Source of the DNA: a virus
Direction: 5' to 3' (one strand)
Virus record (IMG/VR): IMGVR_UViG_3300038436_000248
Coordinates: 8,854 to 72,853 of that record
DNA: 64,000 nt
Shown: piece after piece, positions 25,330 to 33,363 of the stretch
Layout of the letters: each line of letters starts with the position of its first letter
Numbering within the stretch: the stretch's first letter is position 1
The notes under the pieces: model-generated
Told to the model about the DNA's origin: nothing
Database searches by the model: none
The model's input: the letters and a program-made list of their open reading frames with translations, nothing else
Made by a program: the position numbers and the translations under genes

Positions 25330-26421
25330 ATGAAAATTGAATTGAATGAGATAAAGATTGAGGAAGTTGTGGACGGATATGCGGACAGCGCAGAAAATGG
25401 CGTTGTAGGCTATGGGGGATTGCTGAACATTCGTCCGGCTTTCCAGCGTGAGTTTATCTATAAAGAAAAGCAAAGGAATGAAGTTCTAAACACCGTTCGT
25501 CACAATTTCCCTCTGAACGTTATGTATTGGGTAAAAAGTGAGGGGGGTAAATTTGAGATGCTTGATGGACAACAGAGAACGATAAGTATTTGTCAATACA
25601 TCAATGGGGACTACTCAATCGACTATCAATATTTTCACAACCTCACTACAGACGAGCAGCGGCAGATATTAGAATACAAGCTGATGATTTATATTTGCGA
25701 TGGAACAGACAAGGAAAAACTGGACTGGTTCAAGATAATCAACATCGCTGGGGAGCAGCTGACAATGCAGGAATTGAGAAACGCCATTTATACAGGGGAG
25801 TGGCTGACAGATGCTAAAAAGTATTTTAGTAAAAGTGGTTGCCCCGCCTATAATATTGCCAGCCATTACCTGAAAGGATCAGCTATCCGGCAGGACTATC
25901 TTGAAACTGTAATTTACTGGATTGCAGCAAAGGAGAATAAACAAATTGAAGACTATATGGCTGAGCATCAACATGAACCTTCGGCCAATGAATTATGGCT
26001 CTACTTCAGTTCTGTTATAAATTGGGTGAAAGTCACATTCCCAAATTACCGCAGTGAAATGAAAGGGCTTGATTGGGGTTTGTATTACAATAAATTCGGT
26101 TCTGAAAAATACGACCCGAGAGCCCTTGAAAGCAGGGTTGTTTCCCTCATGGAAGATGAAGATGTAACACGCACTGCTGGAATTTATGAATACCTTCTTG
26201 ATGGTGAAGAGAAACATTTGAACATACGAGCATTTTCAAAAAAAATGAGGCGTGCGGGCTATGAGCGGCAAAAAGGGATTTGTCCCGTATGTAAAAAGCA
26301 TTTTGAGTATGAGGAAATGGAAGCAGACCATATAAAACCATGGCATGAAGGAGGGACTACATCTGCGGACAATTGCCAGATGTTATGCAAAGATGATAAC
26401 CGCAGAAAATCAGGGAAATGA
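25330..26421 (+). CDS. DUF262 (GmrS-like) plus C-terminal HNH endonuclease
   Basis: IRPAFQREFIY, EMLDGQQRT, WFKIINIAG; CPVCK...EADHIKPWHEGG...NCQMLCK.DN. Confidence 0.9.
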   Translation: MKIELNEIKIEEVVDGYADSAENGVVGYGGLLNIRPAFQREFIYKEKQRNEVLNTVRHNFPLNVMYWVKSEGGKFEMLDGQQRTISICQYINGDYSIDYQYFHNLTTDEQRQILEYKLMIYICDGTDKEKLDWFKIINIAGEQLTMQELRNAIYTGEWLTDAKKYFSKSGCPAYNIASHYLKGSAIRQDYLETVIYWIAAKENKQIEDYMAEHQHEPSANELWLYFSSVINWVKVTFPNYRSEMKGLDWGLYYNKFGSEKYDPRALESRVVSLMEDEDVTRTAGIYEYLLDGEEKHLNIRAFSKKMRRAGYERQKGICPVCKKHFEYEEMEADHIKPWHEGGTTSADNCQMLCKDDNRRKSGK

Positions 26422-26448
26422 AACACGTGCAGCGTAAAAGAAAAGACC

Positions 26449-26465
26449 AGCCTTATTGGGGCTGA
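26449..26465. terminator. Probable terminator hairpin between convergent genes
   Basis: CAGCC...GGCTG flanked by A-rich and T-rich sequence. Confidence 0.4.
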
Positions 26466-26494
26466 TCCTGTTTTGCTTATTTACTGCTGCGTTT

Positions 26495-26896
26495 TTACCC
26501 GTCCTGGGACTGCTCCATGGGCCTGCCGCATTTCGGGCAGTAGTTGTACCCATGTTCTTTCGGGGTGGCTATTTCAAAGATAAATGCCTCCCCACAGTTT
26601 GTTTCCCAACGATCCCCATATTCATCGTATACATATTTCCACAGACAAACGTCAGGGTTGTCCACTTTTGGATATGCCCTGGTGCTCCACTTTTTGATGG
26701 CCTCTTCCTTTGTGGGGAATAGATCTGTCATTGGCCCCTCCAGTGGACATGGGGCTGCTGCGCCCAGCGCTTCCTTCATCGGGTTCCAGGAGCATCCAGC
26801 AGTCCAACCACCAGCTCGTTCAATTGCTTCCCCAGGGTTTCCACAAAACGGGCATGATGGAATAGGGAGCTCTTTGGGTTCTTCAAGGGTATCCAT
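26495..26896 (-). CDS. Lar-like (restriction alleviation) zinc-finger protein
   Basis: CPFCG...C...CP...TKEEAIKKWSTR, plus C-terminal YCPKCG. Confidence 0.7.
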   Translation of the reverse strand: MDTLEEPKELPIPSCPFCGNPGEAIERAGGWTAGCSWNPMKEALGAAAPCPLEGPMTDLFPTKEEAIKKWSTRAYPKVDNPDVCLWKYVYDEYGDRWETNCGEAFIFEIATPKEHGYNYCPKCGRPMEQSQDG

Positions 26897-26903
26897 AAGC
26901 CTC

Positions 26904-27443
26904 CTAAAAAAGTTCTGTGAGAGAGCTGATGCCCTTCTTCATTTCACGGCTATCCTGCGCTGATGAGACATCTAATAGCATCTGCGTGGAAATCTGCTCC
27001 ATTCCAATTGAGCGGGAGAGGAGATCAAAATAATCCAGTGCCGCCTCTATGTCCTTCAAAATGATCGAAGTGGACTGCTTGACAAATGCGTGGTTGTGGG
27101 GGTTGGCGTCCTCCATGGTCACGACAATATGCTTGCCTGCCTGGAACGCCCACGCCATTTCCATGATCGTACCAATGGATACCCGCCCCGCCCAGAGAAA
27201 GTTTGCCCACATAATGTCCGCCTGGGAAACGAACCACTTGTCCCTGGACACAATCACGGGGTCTTCCAGAAGGGTTTTCATGCTATGCGCAGGTAAGTTT
27301 TCGTTTCTAAGGAGATCCATATCCATGAAGGGAAGGATTACCTGGTAGCCCATAGCTTCTAAGGCATCTTTTCTCCCAAGGAAGTCCTCCCGTATGGCTT
27401 CCTTGCTTTTCCCTGTGATAGGTCCTGCCAAATAGACTTTCAT
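26904..27443 (-). CDS. Nucleoside 2-deoxyribosyltransferase / nucleotide N-hydrolase family protein
   Basis: KVYLAGPITG...DKWFVSQAD...SIGTIMEMAWA. Confidence 0.85.
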   Translation of the reverse strand: MKVYLAGPITGKSKEAIREDFLGRKDALEAMGYQVILPFMDMDLLRNENLPAHSMKTLLEDPVIVSRDKWFVSQADIMWANFLWAGRVSIGTIMEMAWAFQAGKHIVVTMEDANPHNHAFVKQSTSIILKDIEAALDYFDLLSRSIGMEQISTQMLLDVSSAQDSREMKKGISSLTELF

Positions 27444-27452
27444 ATGGCCTCT

Positions 27453-27605
27453 CTAGTAGTACTCTTGCTGTGTGCGTTTGGCACACGCTGTCAGAACAAG
27501 GATGGCGATGTAGACCAGGAAAATGTGAATGTCCACGTGCTTTACTGATACCAGCATAAGCAGCGTGGACAACACTTGGATACTAAACAGGATTTTATTT
27601 CTCAT
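27453..27605 (-). CDS. Small membrane protein (50 aa)
   Basis: MRNKILFSIQVLSTLLMLVS...IFLVYIAILVLTA; AAGGAG RBS. Confidence 0.6.
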   Translation of the reverse strand: MRNKILFSIQVLSTLLMLVSVKHVDIHIFLVYIAILVLTACAKRTQQEYY

Positions 27606-27648
27606 TTATCTATGCTCCTTTACAGACTGCTTGAAATACTGTAAAGTA

Positions 27649-27660
27649 ATTATAGCATAG
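27649..27660 (-). promoter_or_regulatory. Extended -10 promoter CTATGCTATAAT
   Basis: Perfect TG-n-TATAAT, same family as the early promoters. Confidence 0.7.
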
Positions 27661-27674
27661 ATAATATATATTTA

Positions 27675-28100
27675 CTAGCCCCAGATCCCCCCTGTGCTGC
27701 CTCGTGAGGAATTTGTTTCATACAGTTCCTGGTAGGGCACGTCGATCAGTTTTGGCGTGAGGACAGGAAGAAGCACCAGCTGGGCTACAGCGTCCCCTCT
27801 CTGGAAAACAATGAAGCGGGGGTACGGATTTACGACACGGATCAGTATTTCCCCTTGGTACCCTGCATCAATAACGCCAGCGCCAATCAGGAAATCGTGA
27901 CGCCCCTTGGGCTTCGCCAGAAGCATTGTTCCTTCAGGGATGTCGAAGAAGGCGCCCGTTGGGACAATGCGGCTTGAGAACGGAGGGACAATCACTTTCT
28001 TGTTTGCGTGCACATCCACCCCTGCGTCGGATAAATGTTTGCGCTCAAGACGATCCCAATACATCGTTGTTGCATAGCGCAGTTCTTTTACATCGTGCAT
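27675..28100 (-). CDS. dut: Trimeric dUTPase
   Basis: VPTG, GVIDAGYQGEI, AVAQLV, RGSTGG motifs. Confidence 0.9.
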   Translation of the reverse strand: MHDVKELRYATTMYWDRLERKHLSDAGVDVHANKKVIVPPFSSRIVPTGAFFDIPEGTMLLAKPKGRHDFLIGAGVIDAGYQGEILIRVVNPYPRFIVFQRGDAVAQLVLLPVLTPKLIDVPYQELYETNSSRGSTGGIWG

Positions 28101-28717
28101 GGCTCTCCTCTTTCTGAAAGTTCTTCAACTTTATCTTCACTAAAAGCATTCCTGGTTATTCCAATCTGAACCACGGTCACAACAGATTGCATATCAATAT
28201 TGACCCCGTAGGTAGAGGATAAAAATTCTGTGGCATTCCCAGGGGTAATAATAAGCTTGTCATGCAGAAGAGACATACCTTTCAGTTCTTCCCTTGATAA
28301 ATCCTTGAGTGCTACCAGGCGTGTACTCTGCACTTCCCCACTAATCCTTGATTCCGTCCGAGTGTCGTTGATGTTGAAAATCTCTACGGGATCTCCAATA
28401 CGCATGCAGTACCCATATTCTTCAAATGGGCGAACAAGCGTTATTTCTGGAAAAGACTTTATCTCTTTCGGCAATTCCTCAAATACAGGCAATTGCCACG
28501 GTACAACAATAAACTGGTCAAACATCCTTGCGTCTCCCACACTAAAATAATTTGGTTTGTAGTAAACCACTTCAACGAATGCCTCCATGTGCCCCTGGCA
28601 GCCAAGGAGTTTCCAGCCATGTGCCCGGTGGTGAATCATGGAGGTCTCTACCCAAAAGGATATGTCCTTTGTTACAAGTAGCACAGCCCTTTGTTTGGAT
28701 ACAGCTTTAGTTTTCAT
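28088..28717 (-). CDS. Hypothetical protein with probable C-terminal ASCH/PUA-like domain
   Basis: IGDPVEIF...GEVQSTRLVALKDLSREEL pattern. Confidence 0.55.
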   Translation of the reverse strand: MKTKAVSKQRAVLLVTKDISFWVETSMIHHRAHGWKLLGCQGHMEAFVEVVYYKPNYFSVGDARMFDQFIVVPWQLPVFEELPKEIKSFPEITLVRPFEEYGYCMRIGDPVEIFNINDTRTESRISGEVQSTRLVALKDLSREELKGMSLLHDKLIITPGNATEFLSSTYGVNIDMQSVVTVVQIGITRNAFSEDKVEELSERGEPCTM

Positions 28718-29096
28718 GGATATTCTGCGCCAAAGCACCCCAGGCATCCTCTGGAGTGCTTTCAGGCCAGTTGTTGGAAAGAAGCAAACACCCAATTAGG
28801 GCATAGTTTGCCAAGTCCTCCAACGTGTCGTAAAGGGATTCCCCACAAGCGGAGCCTCTGGCACCTTTCAAAAGATTATGAAGCCTCGATGTTTTGTCAC
28901 CAATTCTTACAGCGACCCCTGCCAGGCCGCCTACGCCAATGTTATGTGGACCGTAGTCATGCTGTTTTTTTACGAAGGTTTCAAAAGACCTTGCGAGCAG
29001 CTGGAGGAACGCTTTCTCAAGTTCGACGCTCCCTGACAGGCCAGTTGGCTGAAAAGCGGGGTGATTGTACTCAGTATTTTGGATTTTGTCAACCAA
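28707..29096 (-). CDS. DUF1599 / nucleotide-modification-associated domain protein
   Basis: FVKKQHDYGPHN...VRIGDKTSRL.NL...ESLYDTLEDLANYALIG. Confidence 0.82.
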   Translation of the reverse strand: MVDKIQNTEYNHPAFQPTGLSGSVELEKAFLQLLARSFETFVKKQHDYGPHNIGVGGLAGVAVRIGDKTSRLHNLLKGARGSACGESLYDTLEDLANYALIGCLLLSNNWPESTPEDAWGALAQNIHEN

Positions 29097-29175
29097 GATA
29101 CACCTCTATTAGTTGATTGTGTGCTCCCATTTGAGAACATTCATGTATAATTACCCAATATAAAGGAGCCTGCAA

Positions 29176-29532
29176 ATGAAAATTATGCATTCCCCTGGTA
29201 TGGGCGTTCACTACGTCAACGATAATGTACAATTTTTCGAGGATGGTTCCTGGCAAACAGGAGATTCCTCTGATAATTGCATCCTTTGGCATGTACAGGT
29301 TATTTGTGAAGCATTTGGGTTGCCTCCTTTTTGGCAATTGTGGACAGAAGTGTATCCGGATGATCCACTAAACGAGTCGGACGGGGCGTTTATACTTTCT
29401 TCCGCTGAGCCTTACACGGCATTCTGTAACCCCTATAAAGACTTGGCACTTGTCCTAAAAGATCTTGCGGCAATTGGCAGGCAAGAGCTCGCAGTAGTCA
29501 TTTGCCAGTGTGTCAAAGACAGGGTGCATTAG
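29176..29532 (+). CDS. Hypothetical protein, opposite orientation to its neighbours
   Basis: 118 aa; AAGGAG RBS; TATAAT at 29146; no competing long minus-strand ORF. Confidence 0.6.
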   Translation: MKIMHSPGMGVHYVNDNVQFFEDGSWQTGDSSDNCILWHVQVICEAFGLPPFWQLWTEVYPDDPLNESDGAFILSSAEPYTAFCNPYKDLALVLKDLAAIGRQELAVVICQCVKDRVH

Positions 29533-29545
29533 CACCCCGTCTGTT

Positions 29546-29574
29546 ATTTTAGCACATATGTTCTACGATTTCAA
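29546..29574 (-). promoter_or_regulatory. Sigma70-type promoter TTGAAA-N17-TAAAAT, extended -10
   Basis: Minus strand TTGAAATCGTAGAACATATGTGCTAAAAT. Confidence 0.75.
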
Positions 29575-29585
29575 TTGTGAAAAGC

Positions 29586-31475
29586 CTATGTATTACATAG
29601 GCCAGTTCCGCAGTCTTTGCACTCCTTACACCCACCATGATGAATAAGTTCTCCACCACAGTTTGGACATACCTCCCCTTCCCCTTCTCTGTATAAAACA
29701 GCCTCGTCCCTGCTGCCGTCTCTGTAAACCGTGATGCCCTTCAGCCAAAGCTCCCATGCAAGCATATAAAGATCCGCAATATCCTGGACGGAAGCGTCCT
29801 TTGGAAGGTTCACAGTTTTGCTGATGGCTGAATCTACATGGCTCTGAATAGCTGCCTGCACCTTGATGTGGTCGCTCGGTGAAACCTCATAGGAGGTTTG
29901 CCAAACGGAATCAGGAATGCCCATGGAGCGGGACAGGAGAGCTCCTGGGTGGACATAATCCACAAAGGTATCCTCCCCATGGATGCGAGTACGCCGTTTG
30001 TATTCCAGGGCAAACACGGGCTCAATTCCGGAGGATGCACCAAGCAGATTTGAGATCGACCCCGTTGGGGCGATGCTGAGCAGTGTAATGTTCCGGGTAC
30101 CGTGCAGAATAATCTCTCTTTTCAGCTTGTCTGGAAGAGTTTTGTAGAACCCTTCTTCCACAATTTGGCTGCGAGTGTGGATGTCTGTGCCTTCCCATAC
30201 ACCACAGGCACCCCGCTCTTTCGCAAGGTGGATCGTTGTTTGGTAGGCGGTACGCTTGGCAGTTCCAAAAATCTCGTCCGCCAGATCTTCAGACTCTTCA
30301 TATCGCTCCCCAAGGAACGCTACCATATCAGCGTACCCCATAACGCCAAGACCAATCCTGCGCAGGGCAATATCCGATTCCATCTGTGTGTTTGTTACAG
30401 CCCTGTGATCCTGGATTTCTTTCTCAATCACATTGTCAAGAAAGGTTACTGCCATTTCTACGGTGTCCCGGAAGCCCTCAATGTCAAAATAAGCATCCTT
30501 CGTGAAGGGGTCTACTACGAAAGCTCCTAAATTGATAGAGCCCAGATTGCAAACGCCATCCTGGTCAAGCACAACTTCTGAGCAGGCATTCGTGCCAACG
30601 ACCTTCCACCGATCCCCAAAGGCGTCGGAGTTTGATAAATCCCGCTGCGTGTCAATAAACAACACTCCAGGTTCCGCTGAGCGCCAGGCGCATGCAGCCA
30701 GCTCTGTGAACAAATCAATTGCTCGCACGGTTTTTTTCACGTGAAAACTTTTGCCCCCGCTCTCTCCATCAAACGTCAATTCCCATGGCTGATCATTTTT
30801 TACTGCATACATAAAGTCATCAGAAACCATCACGCTGATGTTTGCGTTTTCTACACGCCCAGGGAGTGTTTTGATCCGTAAAAAGTCGTAGGGTACTTTA
30901 CCGGAAAACCTGCATTCCATGCATCCCCCGCCACGACATTTTGGGCACTCAACATCACCAGCGCCTGGCCTGTAAATATCAGGATGCTTCACATCCATAG
31001 AAAACAAAAGAGCAGCTCTGCGGCCTTCCTGCCCAATAACACCCCCAACATGATTGAATAATTCCATAAATGATAAGGCGCCAGTAGATGTCTTGGCAGC
31101 GTTCGCAACAGGGGAATCCTTTGGGCGCAGCTTGCTGATATTGACACCGATTCCCTGCCCTCTGCTGGAGGCTTTCATAATTGTGCTCATCGTTTTTGAA
31201 ATGCTTTCAATGGTGTCCCCTTCAACTGCGTGTGTTGTGCAATTCATCAAGGACAAACCCCCAACATCATCCCTGCCAGCAAAGGCCAGTATACGCCCAC
31301 CTGGGCAAAACTTTTTGCTGGAGAGGGCTTCGTAAATACGTTCCTCCATCTTCGCATCGCCAGCACAAAACGTTGCTGCCAGGAACTTGTGCATCCCATC
31401 AATATTTTTTGAAAATCTTCCTGCATATTTGGTCTCGTAGACCTCTTCTGCAAATGGGTCGGTAAAAAATGACAT
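29586..31475 (-). CDS. nrdJ: Ribonucleotide reductase, class II (adenosylcobalamin-dependent) type
   Basis: PGGRIL, NCTT, TNACSE, CNLGSINL, IAPTGSIS, SGIEP, ISKTVN, KGITVYRDGSR; no ATP cone; no NrdB in window; C-terminal Zn ribbon. Confidence 0.85.
   Translation of the reverse strand: MSFFTDPFAEEVYETKYAGRFSKNIDGMHKFLAATFCAGDAKMEERIYEALSSKKFCPGGRILAFAGRDDVGGLSLMNCTTHAVEGDTIESISKTMSTIMKASSRGQGIGVNISKLRPKDSPVANAAKTSTGALSFMELFNHVGGVIGQEGRRAALLFSMDVKHPDIYRPGAGDVECPKCRGGGCMECRFSGKVPYDFLRIKTLPGRVENANISVMVSDDFMYAVKNDQPWELTFDGESGGKSFHVKKTVRAIDLFTELAACAWRSAEPGVLFIDTQRDLSNSDAFGDRWKVVGTNACSEVVLDQDGVCNLGSINLGAFVVDPFTKDAYFDIEGFRDTVEMAVTFLDNVIEKEIQDHRAVTNTQMESDIALRRIGLGVMGYADMVAFLGERYEESEDLADEIFGTAKRTAYQTTIHLAKERGACGVWEGTDIHTRSQIVEEGFYKTLPDKLKREIILHGTRNITLLSIAPTGSISNLLGASSGIEPVFALEYKRRTRIHGEDTFVDYVHPGALLSRSMGIPDSVWQTSYEVSPSDHIKVQAAIQSHVDSAISKTVNLPKDASVQDIADLYMLAWELWLKGITVYRDGSRDEAVLYREGEGEVCPNCGGELIHHGGCKECKDCGTGLCNT
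30734..30747. promoter_or_regulatory. parS-like palindrome inside nrdJ
   Basis: TTTTCACGTGAAAA, encoding part of KSFHVKK. Confidence 0.5.
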
Positions 31476-31497
31476 AAGGCGTCTCCTGTATAGTTGA

Positions 31498-31522
31498 TAA
31501 AAACCCAGCGAAAGCAGGGTTT
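31498..31522 (-). terminator. Terminator-like hairpin just upstream of nrdJ
   Basis: Minus strand AAACCCTGC-TTTC-GCTGGGTTTTT, one mismatch. Confidence 0.5.
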
Positions 31523-31545
31523 ATTTACGGATATATTAGCATAGC

Positions 31546-31986
31546 CTATAAAATCTGAAAAAGTTTTATGTGGGTTCTTGGGTTTTCTGTATCCACCTGG
31601 CCGAAAACAAAATGCGTCTTTATCCAGCGGTCATCACTGACTACCTCAGACTTTTGAAGCAAGTCTTTGAGGAGCTCAATGGATACATCGGATCGGTTGG
31701 ATTGGTAAAAGATATTCGCCCACAGCATAAGAGGAAGTTTTTTGCTTCCAAATTTCTGCTTGAACTCCACCGGAGTGAGTGAAATGAATGCCTGGGCATA
31801 TGCCAGTGCATCTTCGCTTTTGATTACCAGGGGCTTCCCTGTTTTCTTGTTGGTTACAATCTGCCTTCCATTGTCTTTCCTGCGAAGGTTCCCAGGGACA
31901 ACAAAATCCACAATAAGCTTGTAGCGATCTGCAAAAACTTCCATTGGGTCAAATGGTGGATCAAATATCTGAACCTCTCCTGCCAT
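31546..31986 (-). CDS. rusA: RusA-like Holliday junction resolvase
   Basis: VPG...K.N...RSDVS.ELLKDLLQ...V.DDRWI...DTENPRT. Confidence 0.75.
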   Translation of the reverse strand: MAGEVQIFDPPFDPMEVFADRYKLIVDFVVPGNLRRKDNGRQIVTNKKTGKPLVIKSEDALAYAQAFISLTPVEFKQKFGSKKLPLMLWANIFYQSNRSDVSIELLKDLLQKSEVVSDDRWIKTHFVFGQVDTENPRTHIKLFQIL

Positions 31987-32347
31987 GTAATTGCTCCTTG
32001 ATAGGTTTATCGTTCATTGCTTTGCGCAAATCTTCTACCCAGGAAAGATTTGCACTTCCCCCAGGGAATTGAATAGGCAGCGGGTGGTGGCCTGGCAGGC
32101 TGCAAACACACATAAGGTTTTCGTGATGTTCCCGCCAGTCCCCCGCTGCCCTTCCTCTTGAGTATACGTGGTGTACCTGGGATGCCTGTCGAAGTTTGTT
32201 GTGCAGGAAGAAGCACACTACACAATAGCCTGCGTCACGCTGCTTTGCAAGCACATATTGGGCGTCCCTGTAATCTCTAAGATCCCTCTTCTTCGTCTCT
32301 TTCGCCCTGATGCGATCTTCTTTCGTTGGCTTGGGCGCACAAATCAT
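31961..32347 (-). CDS. HNH endonuclease
   Basis: RDAGYCVVC...QVHHVYSRG...ENLMCVC...H. Confidence 0.8.
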   Translation of the reverse strand: MICAPKPTKEDRIRAKETKKRDLRDYRDAQYVLAKQRDAGYCVVCFFLHNKLRQASQVHHVYSRGRAAGDWREHHENLMCVCSLPGHHPLPIQFPGGSANLSWVEDLRKAMNDKPIKEQLHGRRGSDI

Positions 32348-32829
32348 GCAACCGCCGCCAGCATCTGCTTGGCTTCTTTCTTTGTTTTAGGGGCGTCATC
32401 TAAACAGAAGTCCTCCCCCGCCTTTTTCTCTCTTGCTTTTGACGCCAAAGAATCCGCCAACTCATTCAGGGAGTTCCCGTTATGGCCCTGCACATGAATA
32501 GCGTGCACCTGATGAGTTCTCATAAGGGGGGCCAGCCGCTTCCAACGATCCTGATTCGTTTTCAGTAAACGTCCGCACTGGAGGGCTCTAATGCCCCGGA
32601 TAACATACATGCTATCTGTGTAGAGATCAACCACGCAAGGGAGCTTCAGTAACTCAAGCGCCTTGATCACTGCCTCTGCTTCAGAAACATTATTTGTCGC
32701 AACGGGTAAGTACCCGGAAATGCATCGGGTTTTCCCTTTGTATTGAAGGATTGCTGCCCATCCACCCTCACCAGGGTTTGGAAAGACTGAGCCATCCGTG
32801 TGAATGATTACTCTTCGGATCTCAGTCAT
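32344..32829 (-). CDS. rnhA: Ribonuclease HI
   Basis: IHTDGSVFPNPGEGGWA, TNNVSEAEA, LYTDSMYV, HVQGHNGNSLNELADSLA. Confidence 0.95.
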   Translation of the reverse strand: MTEIRRVIIHTDGSVFPNPGEGGWAAILQYKGKTRCISGYLPVATNNVSEAEAVIKALELLKLPCVVDLYTDSMYVIRGIRALQCGRLLKTNQDRWKRLAPLMRTHQVHAIHVQGHNGNSLNELADSLASKAREKKAGEDFCLDDAPKTKKEAKQMLAAVA

Positions 32830-33055
32830 CTGCGGCTCCTGTGTAGGATTCTCCAATTATGCCCGCAATATCAGCGGCGAGTTCCTGCGTTCTTTGATTT
32901 ACTAAATTGCCGAGTTCTTCTGGCCCGTACCCGAAGGCTTCTGCCAGCAACTTCTGCTCTTGGCTTACCTTTATGGACACTTCCAGGCGTGCCAATATCG
33001 GATGCTCCGATCCCTCGCTTGTAAGCTGAAATGGTAAAGTTATCTTTAGACTCAT
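32822..33055 (-). CDS. Hypothetical protein
   Basis: 77 aa; GGAG RBS; stop overlaps the rnhA start region. Confidence 0.6.
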   Translation of the reverse strand: MSLKITLPFQLTSEGSEHPILARLEVSIKVSQEQKLLAEAFGYGPEELGNLVNQRTQELAADIAGIIGESYTGAADD

Positions 33056-33359
33056 GGATCACTCCAGTTTTTGAAATAGTGACTCTTCTTGAAATGTCAT
33101 TCGCCATAATTTCTGGCGACACCCTATGTAAGCGCACATAGAGTAGTTCTCTCCAGGCTTGCTTTATTGCAGGGGCAACAATCTGGGTGACACCATTTTG
33201 AGCTTTTAGGATAACTCCTAATTTCTCCAATCGAGTCAGACAGTAAAACGCCCATGCCAAATGGTAAGCCGCTTCAACTGACCAATCCAACTCGATCTCT
33301 TCTGCCTCCCAGGAGATTTTCTTTGCAAGCTCCTCAATATCAGCTCCGTAGACTGGCAT
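32871..33359 (-). CDS. Hypothetical protein (C-terminal about 60 aa overlap the next gene and may be spurious)
   Basis: Plausible helical N-terminal 100 aa; long overlap with 32822-33055. Confidence 0.5.
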   Translation of the reverse strand: MPVYGADIEELAKKISWEAEEIELDWSVEAAYHLAWAFYCLTRLEKLGVILKAQNGVTQIVAPAIKQAWRELLYVRLHRVSPEIMANDISRRVTISKTGVIHESKDNFTISAYKRGIGASDIGTPGSVHKGKPRAEVAGRSLRVRARRTRQFSKSKNAGTRR

Positions 33360-33363
33360 GGGA

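Noticed and set aside
25330-26421. DUF262 protein as the ParB that binds the parS-like sites
   Set aside because: It shares the ParB/Srx fold but has no ParB HTH; it is fused to HNH and paired with an MTase in a foreign-GC cassette
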